NCBI GenBank assembly: GCA_965221695.1 | Contig: OZ244905.1 | Span: 1,856,001 to 1,920,000 of the forward strand | Direction of reading: 5' to 3' | DNA length: 64,000 nt | From: Gammaproteobacteria bacterium | Lineage (GTDB): Bacteria; Pseudomonadota; Gammaproteobacteria; Eutrophobiales; Eutrophobiaceae | In this document: positions 39,519-49,761 of the stretch, one piece after another | Numbering within the stretch: position 1 is the first letter of the stretch | How the letters are laid out: each line of letters opens with the position of its first letter | Translations under genes and position numbers: made by a program | The notes under the pieces: generated by a model | What the model was told of the DNA's origin: nothing | Seen by the model: only the letters and a program-made list of their open reading frames with translations | The model's database searches: none

Positions 39519-41891
39519 ATGAATACTGTTTCTGTCCGTTACTTGAGAAATTTCTTACCACTGCTGCTGGCTACCGCGCTGCCGGTATCCAATGCGCATG
39601 CCCAGTTGGAAGAGATCATCGTTACCGCAACCAAGCGTGTTGAAAGCTCCCAGGATATTCCGCTGTCAATTGAAACCGTGTCCGGTGAGATGATGATGGA
39701 TATGGGCATCACCGACCTGGCGGAGCTTGCGGATACCGTGCCCAATTTGCAAGTGGGCTACGGCATTACCTCTCAAGCCATCACCATTCGCGGTCTGGGC
39801 ACAGGTCAGGAACGGAGTTTTGAACAATCCGTAGCAATGTTTATCGATGGGATGTACATGCCTCGTTCGCGCCAATACCAGTCTCCATTTCTCGATGCGG
39901 AACGCGTCGAGGTGGCCCGCGGACCGCAGTCCGTCATCCATGGCCTGAACTCAACAGCCGGCGCGATCAGTATTGTCACCAACCAGACCCGCCCGGGCGA
40001 TGCGGCCTTCCTGGATCTGACCGTAGACTATGAACTGGAACACGGCGGGCCTTCATTGGTCGCCATCGCCGGCGGTTCGCCCTCGGACACGCTGGGCCTC
40101 AGGGCAGCCCTGAAGATTTCCGGCCGGGACGGGTACTTTGACAACTCATTGACCGGAGAAAATGAAGGCGATACCGATGAACTCCTGTTGCGCATCAGCG
40201 CGATGTGGCAATTGACAGAGGACCTGACATTTAGCGCCAAGTACGAGCGCGCCGAAAAGGAGATGGAAGGCAATACCGGCGAACTGTTCAATGACGCGGC
40301 AGGGACTTTCTCCGCCGGGACCGGATTTGCCGAACCCAACGACGGCAGGCTGAACTGGGAACGCTCGTCAAACGGTTGCAACAATGACCGCAACGGGCTG
40401 CCGGACCCGATTACGGTAGCCACCATGCAGTCAGATACCTGTCCTGAACAACGCACGAAAAATCAGACAATAATGGCCAGTCTGGATTGGCAACTTCCCG
40501 GCCACATACTGTCAGTTACCGGTGGGCACTCGGAATTTGAATACGATATTTCTGTAGACCTGGATACAACGGCTGATGCCTTCGTGACATCCGGCATTGA
40601 TGAGGACTTCGAGCAGGATTCCGTGGAAATCAGACTAACATCTGAAAAAGGCGGCATGGTTGATTACCTGGTCGGCGCGTACTACCAGAAGTGGGAAAAC
40701 TATAACCTGAATCCCGCGCAGTTCGGCCCGGCCACACTTGGCGGTCTATTGAGCGCCGCAGGTCCATTTGGCGCCAATGTGCTGATCGACACCGGGAATT
40801 TCTTCGATCAGGAATCCGAGTTGTGGTCTGTGTTCGGACAGGCTACGGTGAATGTCATGGACCGTCTGCGCATAACAGGCGGTGTGCGCTATACCGACGA
40901 AGACAAACAATCCTTGTATGACACGCGCTGCCAGCTTGGTTTTGTTGATGCGGGGTTGTTGCTTCCCCAGGCGTTACCCGGACCGTTGGCTCTGTGCAAC
41001 ACCGATCCCGGCACGGTCGGATTGTTTGTCGACCGCTCCAGCGACAACTGGTTGCCCGAAGTGGCACTGCAATGGGACGCAAATGAAGACATCATGCTGT
41101 ATGCCAAGTGGGGTGAAAGCGCCAAGTCGGGTGGTTTCACTTCCGCCCAGAGAACTGCGCCGGGCGGGTTGGCATTTGCGCCTGAAGATCAGGAGTACGA
41201 TGATGAGAAGGCCACCGGCTACGAAGTAGGCTTCAAGTCACGCTGGTTGAATAATTCCGCGGAACTCAATGTGGCATTTTACCGTACCGAGTTCGATGAT
41301 TTGCAGGTGAATTCATTCACGCCCGTCGGCGTGGTGATCGTCCAACGCGTAACCAACGCGGCCTCTGCTGTCTCACAGGGCGTGGAGATGGACGGGCGCT
41401 GGCAGGCAAGTGACTGGTTGCTGTTGGGCGGCTCATTTGCCTACACCGATGCGGAATACGGCAGTTTCCTCAATGGCACCTGCAACTTCGCCAGCGGCAT
41501 GACCAGCCCCTGCGATCAGTCTGATAGATCCCTGCACCTTGCCCCCGAATGGAGCGGCAATATTTACGCCAACGCCAGTTTTCCGATTGCAGATAATATC
41601 GATGGTATAGCCGACCTGAGCGTCTCGTTCAGCGATGAATTCTATACGGATGCTTCACTGGAGCCGGCAGGCTTGCAGGACTCCTATGCAAAACTTGCCG
41701 CGCGTGTCGGCGTCGAGGCCTCCGACGGCAGGTGGAGCCTGGCAGTGGTGGGTCGCAACCTGACCAATGAGAAAGTGTTATCGGCTTCCCAGAGTTTCTT
41801 CGCCGCCCTGTTTCAGACAACTTACCTGGGATACCTGGAACCGCCCAGGACGATCATGATCCAGGGGAATTACCGTTTCGGGGGCAATTAA
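39519..41891 (+). CDS. TonB-dependent outer-membrane receptor
   Basis: Signal peptide (AHA), LEEIIVTATKR, ERVEVARGPQS, KSGGF, C-terminal PRTIMIQGNYRF. Confidence 0.95.
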   Translation: MNTVSVRYLRNFLPLLLATALPVSNAHAQLEEIIVTATKRVESSQDIPLSIETVSGEMMMDMGITDLAELADTVPNLQVGYGITSQAITIRGLGTGQERSFEQSVAMFIDGMYMPRSRQYQSPFLDAERVEVARGPQSVIHGLNSTAGAISIVTNQTRPGDAAFLDLTVDYELEHGGPSLVAIAGGSPSDTLGLRAALKISGRDGYFDNSLTGENEGDTDELLLRISAMWQLTEDLTFSAKYERAEKEMEGNTGELFNDAAGTFSAGTGFAEPNDGRLNWERSSNGCNNDRNGLPDPITVATMQSDTCPEQRTKNQTIMASLDWQLPGHILSVTGGHSEFEYDISVDLDTTADAFVTSGIDEDFEQDSVEIRLTSEKGGMVDYLVGAYYQKWENYNLNPAQFGPATLGGLLSAAGPFGANVLIDTGNFFDQESELWSVFGQATVNVMDRLRITGGVRYTDEDKQSLYDTRCQLGFVDAGLLLPQALPGPLALCNTDPGTVGLFVDRSSDNWLPEVALQWDANEDIMLYAKWGESAKSGGFTSAQRTAPGGLAFAPEDQEYDDEKATGYEVGFKSRWLNNSAELNVAFYRTEFDDLQVNSFTPVGVVIVQRVTNAASAVSQGVEMDGRWQASDWLLLGGSFAYTDAEYGSFLNGTCNFASGMTSPCDQSDRSLHLAPEWSGNIYANASFPIADNIDGIADLSVSFSDEFYTDASLEPAGLQDSYAKLAARVGVEASDGRWSLAVVGRNLTNEKVLSASQSFFAALFQTTYLGYLEPPRTIMIQGNYRFGGN

Positions 41892-41912
41892 CACGGCAAA
41901 CAAGCAGGATTA

Positions 41913-42737
41913 ATGATCAGGTTGGATTATTACCTGCGGCGCAAACCGGAACTAAGCCCGCAGGACTTCAACACCTGGTGGACCGGCCCGCATGCCGATT
42001 TATGGCGCGCGCATGCAGATACGCTGGACATCAGGCGCCATGTGCAACTGCCGGGCGATACTGAAAATCCCATTGGCATTGCTTACCGCAAGGCCTACGA
42101 CGCCACCGGGGAGCCTTTCGACGGCGTGGCAACCACCTGCTGGGCAGATATTCGCGTGCTTGAAGCCGCGCTGGAAACCCGGTCCGGTCAGGCGGCATAC
42201 CAGGAAATCCTGGCGGACGAACTGGCTCATATCGATACTCCCCGTTGCCGTTTGTCCTTTGGTATAAACCATGCCGTGATCTTTCCGCGGGAAAAAATCG
42301 AGGCCACGGTGGACACTGACTTTACCCGCGTGGCCTATTTTCCGGACGCCCTGCCGGGACTGCCGATAGCGGAAACGCAACGCCACTGGATCGCAGTGCA
42401 TGGCGGTCTGACCCAGGACTATGCGCGCTACTCTCCCAACGCCAAGTATATACAAGTGCACAGTTATGAGCATGAATTGGCAGAGACCTTGCGCGCCGAC
42501 CGCAATATGCCGCACAACGACCGCCACTTCGGCCATGCGGAGGTCTGGACCTCGCCCGCCGACCAGGAACGTTCGGCCAACAATCCCAGGCGTCAGGAAC
42601 TGTTCCCGCTATATATCGAGGATATCGAAAACTTCGCCGATTCACACACCGGCTACCTGATCGCCGGCAAGGATCATTACGTAGTGAACAAGGAGATATA
42701 CCATTCACCCTTGCCAAAGCCTCATCAACTCCGATGA
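41913..42737 (+). CDS. tandem EthD-like (dimeric alpha-beta barrel) domain protein
   Basis: Two repeats of the EthD pattern: RRKPELSPQDFNTWWTGPHA...FDGVATTCW...DELAHID and LPGLPIAETQRHWIAVHG...GHAEVW...DIENFAD. Confidence 0.7.
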   Translation: MIRLDYYLRRKPELSPQDFNTWWTGPHADLWRAHADTLDIRRHVQLPGDTENPIGIAYRKAYDATGEPFDGVATTCWADIRVLEAALETRSGQAAYQEILADELAHIDTPRCRLSFGINHAVIFPREKIEATVDTDFTRVAYFPDALPGLPIAETQRHWIAVHGGLTQDYARYSPNAKYIQVHSYEHELAETLRADRNMPHNDRHFGHAEVWTSPADQERSANNPRRQELFPLYIEDIENFADSHTGYLIAGKDHYVVNKEIYHSPLPKPHQLR

Positions 42738-42743
42738 TTCTTA

Positions 42744-42769
42744 AAGAACCAGATTAAGTCAGACTTTCC
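42744..42769. repeat. degenerate minimal copy of the MITE-like element
   Basis: AAGAACCAGATTAAGTCAGACTTTCC resembles the reverse complement of 45618-45644; starts 6 bp after a stop codon. Confidence 0.55.
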
Positions 42770-42806
42770 TACGAGGGATATACCTCTTTATGCTATACTT
42801 GCTCAC

Positions 42807-43031
42807 ATGTCCCAGGAACTCATTGCTATCATCATTGCCGCAATCGGCTTGGCCGGGCTTATTCTCAGGCAAGGCCAACGTATCGACAGGTTGGACGAGC
42901 ACCTGGCTGATGTGCGTGAGCGCATGGCGCGCATCGAAGGACTTATCGAAGGCTGGACAAGACCACGAACCACCGTGTTTACCCCACCACCAAACGAAGA
43001 TCCCTCAAGTCGTACCGGAACCGACGGCTAA
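42807..43031 (+). CDS. small hypothetical protein, single TM helix plus coiled coil
   Basis: Hydrophobic LIAIIIAAIGLAGLIL followed by heptad-like IDRLDEHLADVRERMARIEG; extended -10 TGnTATACT 7 bp before the ATG. Confidence 0.6.
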   Translation: MSQELIAIIIAAIGLAGLILRQGQRIDRLDEHLADVRERMARIEGLIEGWTRPRTTVFTPPPNEDPSSRTGTDG

Positions 43032-43131
43032 CAAGAAACTGGCCAGACTCATACGTCGTCATTTCTCTTCACATTGGGCACAAACAGATCTCGTGCTGCC
43101 CGGATGAAATTCCGAAATTCCTGACAGGATT

Positions 43132-43905
43132 ATGAGCGTTCAGATAGACATGGACGGCAAGGTTGCGTTGATTACCGGCGCCGGCGGCGGCATTGGCGCA
43201 GCGACTGCGCGGGCTTTTGCCGAAGCCGGCGCAAACCTGGTACTCACAGATAAGCTGGAACAGGTAAAAGAGGTCGCGATCGACCTGGAAAACTACGGTA
43301 TCAAGGCAGTGGCCTCCGTCGCGGACATAGCCCTTTCCGAAAATTGCAAGGCTGTAACAGACTTGGCTATGTCTGAGTTCGGCCGGCTGGATTACGCTTT
43401 CAATAACGCGGGTATCGGTTCCTCACCGGTACCGGTGGGCGAGATGGCGGACGAGGATTGGCACAGGATTATGGATGTCAACCTGAACGCGGTGTATTAC
43501 TGTATCAAGTACCAGGCGCCGGCAATGCTTGCCAACGGTGGCGGCGTTATCATCAACAACAGTTCTTTCTGTGGCGTCGCGCCGCTGCAGGATTCCAGCA
43601 TCGAATACACCGCCGCCAAGCACGGCGTCATCGGCCTGACCCGGCAGGTGGCCCTGAACCACGCGCGAGAAGGTATCCGTTGTATTGCAGTCTGCCCGGG
43701 TTTCATTATGACGCCGCTGACGGACGCCGACCAGGGAAGCCGCCTTAGCAAACAAGCCCAGCAATGGTTTCTTGAACGCACGCCCCAGGGACGTCTGGGA
43801 CAGCCGGAAGATGTCGCCCGGGTTGTCCGCATGCTGTGTTCAGACGAGGCGGCGTATATCAACGGCGCCTGGATCCCGGTAGACGGCGGCCTGCTATTGT
43901 CTTGA
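43132..43905 (+). CDS. SDR family oxidoreductase
   Basis: TGAGGGIG, NNAG, YTAAKHG, PGFIMT, VDGG. Confidence 0.93.
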   Translation: MSVQIDMDGKVALITGAGGGIGAATARAFAEAGANLVLTDKLEQVKEVAIDLENYGIKAVASVADIALSENCKAVTDLAMSEFGRLDYAFNNAGIGSSPVPVGEMADEDWHRIMDVNLNAVYYCIKYQAPAMLANGGGVIINNSSFCGVAPLQDSSIEYTAAKHGVIGLTRQVALNHAREGIRCIAVCPGFIMTPLTDADQGSRLSKQAQQWFLERTPQGRLGQPEDVARVVRMLCSDEAAYINGAWIPVDGGLLLS

Positions 43906-43917
43906 ACCTGGAAAATA

Positions 43918-44802
43918 ATGAAAGAACTGTCTGGGAAAGTTGCTGTTGTCACCGGCGCCGCGCGGGGCATCGGCTTCGCGCTATGTGAACAGTTCGCAGA
44001 AGCGGGCATGAAGCTTGTGCTTGCCGATATCGACGCCGCCGGTCTTGCGGAAGCGGAGAAAGCATTGCAATCTAGGGGCAGTGAAACGCTGGCATTTGTT
44101 ACGGACGTGAGCCAGGAACAGGACCTGCGGCGCCTGGCTGACAACACCATTGAGCGTTTTGGCGCGGCACATGTGTTATGCAACAATGCCGGCATCTTTG
44201 GCCACCCGGCCTATGCCTGGGAGCAAAGCCCGCAGCAATGGCAGGCGGCGCTTAATATCAACCTATGGGGAGTGATCAACGGTATCCGAGCCTTTGTGCC
44301 CATCATGCTGGAACAGGCATGTGAGGCTCATGTTGTCAATGTCGCGTCGGTGGCGGGCCACCTGGTGCAGCCGTTCATGACGCCCTACCATGCCTCCAAG
44401 TTTGCCGTCGCCGCGGTATCGGAATCGCTCTACCACGAACTCGATTTATTGAATTCCAGCATTGGCGTAACCCTGCTGTGTCCCGGTTTCACAAATACCG
44501 GGATACTGGACACCCGGCAGGATGACACAGGCGCTTGTGAAGAAATGACCGAACCTGAACGCATGCGATTCATCCGCTCGTCCATGGAACAAGGCGTGAA
44601 TACCGGAATGAGCGCGCGCGCGGTCGCGGAGAAGACCCTGGACGCCATCAGGGAAAACCGGTTCTACGTGTTTCCCGGCCCCCATACCTTGGACATGATC
44701 AAAGTCCGTTTTGACAGCATACTTGCACAGGAAAACCCTGATATGGACGCGGCGGTCAAACAACGATTTAACCCGGAACAAACCCATGACCGGCAGGGTT
44801 GA
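43918..44802 (+). CDS. SDR family oxidoreductase
   Basis: TGAARGIG, CNNAG, NVAS, YHASKFA, LCPG. Confidence 0.93.
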   Translation: MKELSGKVAVVTGAARGIGFALCEQFAEAGMKLVLADIDAAGLAEAEKALQSRGSETLAFVTDVSQEQDLRRLADNTIERFGAAHVLCNNAGIFGHPAYAWEQSPQQWQAALNINLWGVINGIRAFVPIMLEQACEAHVVNVASVAGHLVQPFMTPYHASKFAVAAVSESLYHELDLLNSSIGVTLLCPGFTNTGILDTRQDDTGACEEMTEPERMRFIRSSMEQGVNTGMSARAVAEKTLDAIRENRFYVFPGPHTLDMIKVRFDSILAQENPDMDAAVKQRFNPEQTHDRQG

Positions 44803-45607
44803 ACTTCGCAAACGAACCATCATTTCACTTGATCCCGTCCGCCACGAACCCGTGTTGCGAGAAATGGACGATGATGAAAAACGCCTGTATTTTTTTGGAG
44901 AAACCGTGGGTTTGCTCGTCTTCCGGCCCTGGTACTACTGTATCGCCCAACCCGGACATATGGCCAATATGCGTTCCTATGATTTTCCCGTGCGGCTGGC
45001 CTTTGTGGACGATCCCTTTGACCCGGACGGTTTTCTTACCGGCCGGCCGGACTGGAAGGGCTGGAACCTTCCCAACTGGATTCATGCCGCAAAACAGTTG
45101 GAAGAGGATGGCGTTCGGGCTATTGTCGGCGGTTGTGGATTAAGCTCGAACATCCAGCGGGAGATTACGGCCGCCGTATCGATTCCGTTTTATTCATCGA
45201 CCCTGTGTTTCATTCCAGAGATGCTGGATGCGCTGCCGGAAGATCAAGGGGTAGGCATCCTGACCGTATCAAAACAGCAGTTGTGCGGCCATAACATGGC
45301 CTCGTTCCGTTCATGCGGGATTGAAGATGACAGCAGGCTATTCATAGCCGGCATGAACGAATCGCGATACGCCGAACAATGGCTGACGATGACGACGCCG
45401 GAGTATGATTTTTCGGTCGTCCGGGACGCGGTAACAAACACCGCCGCACAGCTTATCAAGGACAATCCGTCCATTGCAACACTGGTTCTGGAATGTACCG
45501 ATATGCCGCCGTATGCCGATGTGCTGCGCAAGAGAACCGGTCTGCCAGTGTTCGACCCCGTTGATCTGGTGCGCCGGGTTCATGACATGGTGAAAACATG
45601 TCCGTAG
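44786..45607 (+). CDS. aspartate/glutamate/hydantoin racemase-like protein
   Basis: GVRAIVGGCG and LVLECTDMPP two-Cys pattern, TGLPVFD. Start placed at ATG 44786. Confidence 0.72.
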   Translation: MTGRVELRKRTIISLDPVRHEPVLREMDDDEKRLYFFGETVGLLVFRPWYYCIAQPGHMANMRSYDFPVRLAFVDDPFDPDGFLTGRPDWKGWNLPNWIHAAKQLEEDGVRAIVGGCGLSSNIQREITAAVSIPFYSSTLCFIPEMLDALPEDQGVGILTVSKQQLCGHNMASFRSCGIEDDSRLFIAGMNESRYAEQWLTMTTPEYDFSVVRDAVTNTAAQLIKDNPSIATLVLECTDMPPYADVLRKRTGLPVFDPVDLVRRVHDMVKTCP

Positions 45608-45617
45608 ATTCATCTAA

Positions 45618-45644
45618 GGAAGCTCTGACTTAATCAGTGTTTCC
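45618..45644. repeat. 27-bp minimal copy (fused termini) of the MITE-like element
   Basis: GGAAGCTCTGACTTAATCAGTGTTTCC is one terminus joined to the other at the shared CTCTGA; 10 bp after a stop codon. Confidence 0.65.
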
Positions 45645-45768
45645 CAAATTCATTCCCTGAATTGATACTTTCGGGTGATGGAATAAGTCAAAAAATACGA
45701 TAATGTTGAGAAAGATATCCTGTTTATATGGGCAATGGTGATTCCTGAAAGCAGTGGGAGAATAAAAT

Positions 45769-46875
45769 ATGAGCAACAAACCCGTCGTCGTTTATGGCGC
45801 CAGCGGTTATACCGGCCGCCTTGTCTGTGAATACCTGAGGCAATACCAGATACCCTTTGTGGCCGCGGGCCGCAACCGGGAGCGCCTGGAAAAGATCATG
45901 GCCCTGGTGCCCGGCATTGAGACTGCGGAGTATGAGATTGCAGAGGTAGAGCACAGCGTCCAGGGGCTGACTGACCTGTTCAAAGGGGCTGAGGTAGTCT
46001 GCAATGTGATTGGCCCGTTCGAGTACCTTGGCGAACCGGTGGTGGAAGCCGCTTTGAACGCGGACTGTCATTATATCGATACGACCGGCGAGCCGGCGTT
46101 CATTAAATCTGTCAAGGCTAAATTCGGCAGCCTTTATGCTGATGCCGGCCTTGCGCTGGCGCCCAGCGTCGCCTATATGTATGCGCCTCTTGACATCTGT
46201 GCCCGCTACTGCCTGGAAAAAGAGGGCATAGACAGCCTGGAGGCGGTGGCCTCGGCCACTGCGATACCTACTTATGCGTCCACACAGTCCATTTTTGCCT
46301 TGTTCAAGGCCCCGGCAACATTCCTGGAGAATAACCGGATGGTGGAATGGCCGGCGGCAAGAGGCTACGAGGTGATGGTGTCCGGCCACGCCATTGCCCA
46401 GTTTGCCCATCCTTGGGGAGGGGGAGGCCTGCCGATCTGGTTTGAGGACGACTACCGGGTGCGCAACTGCAAACAGTTGACCAGTTTTACCAACCGGCCC
46501 ATGTTCGAAGCCGTGATAAATATCCACAAGCACTACGAAGAGAATATCAAACCGCTGCCCAAGGAAGAGCAGGAAAAAGCATTGAGCGAGCTCGCTGCAG
46601 ACATGCAACCGGGCGAACCGCCCCGGGAGAACATGTTGATCCATCGCACCAGCGATCAGGTGGTGGGCACGGGCACCGCCGCGCAGCGCACTGTCGTATT
46701 GCGCAGCGGGCCCGCTTACTACCAGACCGGCATCTTCCAGGCGGCCGCGGTCAACAAACTACTGCATGACGGCGCCGACAAGACAGGCTTTGCTTCCCCC
46801 TGCGAAGTGGCGGGCCACCGCTACCTGCTGGGCGAGTTGAAAAACTTTCTGCCGGCGGAACTGGAAATAAGCTGA
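45769..46875 (+). CDS. saccharopine dehydrogenase-like NAD(P)-dependent oxidoreductase
   Basis: VYGASGYTG, AGRN, NVIGPF, HYIDTTGE. Confidence 0.82.
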   Translation: MSNKPVVVYGASGYTGRLVCEYLRQYQIPFVAAGRNRERLEKIMALVPGIETAEYEIAEVEHSVQGLTDLFKGAEVVCNVIGPFEYLGEPVVEAALNADCHYIDTTGEPAFIKSVKAKFGSLYADAGLALAPSVAYMYAPLDICARYCLEKEGIDSLEAVASATAIPTYASTQSIFALFKAPATFLENNRMVEWPAARGYEVMVSGHAIAQFAHPWGGGGLPIWFEDDYRVRNCKQLTSFTNRPMFEAVINIHKHYEENIKPLPKEEQEKALSELAADMQPGEPPRENMLIHRTSDQVVGTGTAAQRTVVLRSGPAYYQTGIFQAAAVNKLLHDGADKTGFASPCEVAGHRYLLGELKNFLPAELEIS

Positions 46876-46948
46876 TGCATGACTGCATTGCAGATCAGTC
46901 AATGAAATGAGTCAATATCCGATTGCGGTCAACAAAATAGCTTAGCCC

Positions 46949-48502
46949 ATGCGTCTCATCGATTTCTTCGACCAGGGTGTTCGCTACTACGCCGACAAGG
47001 TCGCTTTTGTTGACCGTCACGGCAGCTATAGCTACGCCGAGGCAGACCGGCAGATACACCGGATTGCCGCGGCGATCCACGGCAATGGTTATGACAAGGG
47101 AACCCGTATCGGTGTCTATTCGCCCAATTCAAACATGGCCTGGTTGGCCATGCTGGGACTGATGCGGGCCGAAGGGGTGTGGCTGCCCATCAACCCGCGC
47201 AACAATGCCGCCACCAATATCGATCTCGGAAACCGTTTCAGCATGGACATCCTGTTCTATGATTCCTGCTTCAATGAACAGGTGAGCGAGATACGGGCGG
47301 CTGTGCCCGCAATAAAGGAGTTTGTCTGTATTGAAGGCGCCGGCAGCGCAGGCAGGGGGCTGGCTGAATTTACCGAGGGGCACGGTGACTTACACCAGAC
47401 TGGGCCCCAGCAAGCAGGTGAACTGGCCGCGATATTTCCTACCGGCGGCACCACCGGTAAATCCAAGGGCGTGCTGATGAACCATGAAGCCCTGGAAACC
47501 TTCGCTGCGAATTATTATGCACATTTCCGCTACTATGAAAACAGTGTAAACCTGGTCGTCGCGCCAATGACTCATGCCGCCGGCATCATGGGCTGCCTGC
47601 ACTTCATGCGCGGCGGCAGGAACGTGGTGGTCAAAAATTTGGACCCTCTGTCTATCATGCAAGATATTGAGGCGCACAAGGTAACACACTTGTTCCTGCC
47701 GCCTACGCTGATGTACATGATGCTCGCCCATCCGGATGTGGGAGAATATGATTACGCATCCCTGCAACATTTCGTGGTCGGCGCCGCTCCCACCTCCCTG
47801 GAGAAACTCAAGGAGGCAGTAACGGTGTTCGGACACTGCATGTCTGAAGCCTACGGCCAGGTTGAAGCGCCGGCCGCGATCACCTTGAAGGCGCCATGGG
47901 ATTATCTGGATGATCAGGGCAATATCAATGAGGAAAGATTAAAGAGCATCGGCCGGCCCGGGTGTTTTAATGATGTGAAAATACTTGATGAAAATGAAGC
48001 AGAAGCGCCTCGCGGGCAGCCGGGAGAAATCTGCGTCAAAGGCCGCCTGGTCACGCTCGGGTACCTGGACAACCCGGTGGCCACGGCGGAATCATTCCGC
48101 GACGGCTGGTTGTGGACCGGGGACATAGGGATAATGGATAACAACGGCTATATCAACATAGTAGACCGCAGGAAGGACATGATCATCAGCGGCGGCTTCA
48201 ACATCTATCCCAACGAAGTGGAACAGGTGTTGATGGAACACCCTGCAGTACAGGAAGCGGCCGTCATTGGTATTCCCAGCGAGAAATGGGGAGAAGCGGT
48301 AAAAGGCATCATTCAGTTGCGACCAGGACAGGAGGCAAGTGAACACGAGCTCATTGCCCTGGCAAAAGAAAAACTGGGCAGCGTCAAGGCGCCGAAAAGC
48401 ATTGACTTTATCGAAGAATTTCCAAAGAGCGCGGCAGGAAAAGTACTGAAAACCGAGCTGCGCAAACCCTACTGGCAGGGCAGGGAGAGAGCGGTCAATT
48501 AG
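46949..48502 (+). CDS. acyl-CoA synthetase (AMP-forming)
   Basis: PTGGTTGKSKG, YGQVE, WTGDIG, DRRKDMIISGG, GKVLK. Confidence 0.93.
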   Translation: MRLIDFFDQGVRYYADKVAFVDRHGSYSYAEADRQIHRIAAAIHGNGYDKGTRIGVYSPNSNMAWLAMLGLMRAEGVWLPINPRNNAATNIDLGNRFSMDILFYDSCFNEQVSEIRAAVPAIKEFVCIEGAGSAGRGLAEFTEGHGDLHQTGPQQAGELAAIFPTGGTTGKSKGVLMNHEALETFAANYYAHFRYYENSVNLVVAPMTHAAGIMGCLHFMRGGRNVVVKNLDPLSIMQDIEAHKVTHLFLPPTLMYMMLAHPDVGEYDYASLQHFVVGAAPTSLEKLKEAVTVFGHCMSEAYGQVEAPAAITLKAPWDYLDDQGNINEERLKSIGRPGCFNDVKILDENEAEAPRGQPGEICVKGRLVTLGYLDNPVATAESFRDGWLWTGDIGIMDNNGYINIVDRRKDMIISGGFNIYPNEVEQVLMEHPAVQEAAVIGIPSEKWGEAVKGIIQLRPGQEASEHELIALAKEKLGSVKAPKSIDFIEEFPKSAAGKVLKTELRKPYWQGRERAVN

Positions 48503-48506
48503 CATC

Positions 48507-49748
48507 GTGAAACAGAACGCTTACATCGCCGGCGCTGCCATGACCCGGTTCGGCAAGTATCCGGATCGCTCCCTTAAATCCCTGGCCCAGGAAGCCATCC
48601 GCGGCGCGTTGCAAGATGCCGGCCTGGATGCAAGCGCCTTACAGGCAGCCTGGATAGGCAATGCCGGCGCCGGGGTGTTATCGGGACAGGTGTGTGTGCC
48701 GGGACAGGTGATACTGCGTGACATGGGCGTCGGCAGCATACCGGTCATCAACGTGGAAAACGCCTGCGCCTCTTCCGCCACGGCTTTTCAACAGGCCTGC
48801 TCCATGGTGAGTCTGGACGCCCATGACATTGTCCTGGCTTGTGGCGTGGAAAAACTCTATAGCGAAGACAAACAAAAAACATTCGCCGTATTCAGCGGCG
48901 GCATTGATGTCGAACAGCACGATTTGATCACGGCGGAGATTAAAACTGAACTCGCCCGCGCGGGTTGCAACCCGAACATTGATGAAGCAGGAAAAAATCG
49001 TTCCCTGTTTATCGATATCTATGTATCCTGGGCGCTGAAGCACATGGACAGGCACGGTACGACCCGGGAGCAACTCGCGACAGTGTCCGCGAAGAATTCC
49101 CTGCACGGCAGTCTCAACCCCTGTGCGCAGTACCGCGAAGCCCTGTCCGTGGAAGATGTGCTCCGAGCCAGGGAAGTGGTATGGCCTTTCACCCTGCCCA
49201 TGTGTTCGCCCATAGGCGATGGCGCCGCCGCCGTCATTATTGTCAGCGAAAAAAAGGCGCGGCAAATGGGCAATGGGCGCATGGTAAAGGTGGAGGCCTC
49301 CTCGCTGACCAGTGGCTATGATTACCTGGAAGACACTGGCAATGAACCGCCACGCACAGCCGCGGCCGCCATCTATGATGAAGCCTCTATCGGCCCCGAT
49401 GAACTGGATTGCGTGGAATTGCATGACGCCTCCGCCATTTCCGAGATCATGTATTACGAGTACCTCGGCCTGTGCGCTGACGGCGCAGGTGGCGAGTATG
49501 CGGAAGCCGGACACAGCACTCTGGGGGGCAGTCTGCCGGTTAACACATCGGGTGGTTTGATGCGTAAGGGCCACCCGGTCGGCGCCACCGGCGCGGCGCA
49601 ACTGGTTGAACTGGTCTGGCAGCTAAGGGGGGAAGCCGACGCCAGGCAGGTGGACGGCGCGCGCATTGCCCTGGCAGAAAACGGTGGCGGTTATATCGGC
49701 AGCGATGTGGCTGCGCTGGTTCTTACGATTCTCAGCGCAGGCGGATAA
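48507..49748 (+). CDS. thiolase family protein (SCP2-thiolase type)
   Basis: VENACASS catalytic Cys, GVEK, CSPIGDGAAA, ELHDA, KGHPVGATG; GTG start. Confidence 0.9.
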   Translation: MKQNAYIAGAAMTRFGKYPDRSLKSLAQEAIRGALQDAGLDASALQAAWIGNAGAGVLSGQVCVPGQVILRDMGVGSIPVINVENACASSATAFQQACSMVSLDAHDIVLACGVEKLYSEDKQKTFAVFSGGIDVEQHDLITAEIKTELARAGCNPNIDEAGKNRSLFIDIYVSWALKHMDRHGTTREQLATVSAKNSLHGSLNPCAQYREALSVEDVLRAREVVWPFTLPMCSPIGDGAAAVIIVSEKKARQMGNGRMVKVEASSLTSGYDYLEDTGNEPPRTAAAAIYDEASIGPDELDCVELHDASAISEIMYYEYLGLCADGAGGEYAEAGHSTLGGSLPVNTSGGLMRKGHPVGATGAAQLVELVWQLRGEADARQVDGARIALAENGGGYIGSDVAALVLTILSAGG

Positions 49749-49761
49749 CGCGGACAACAAC

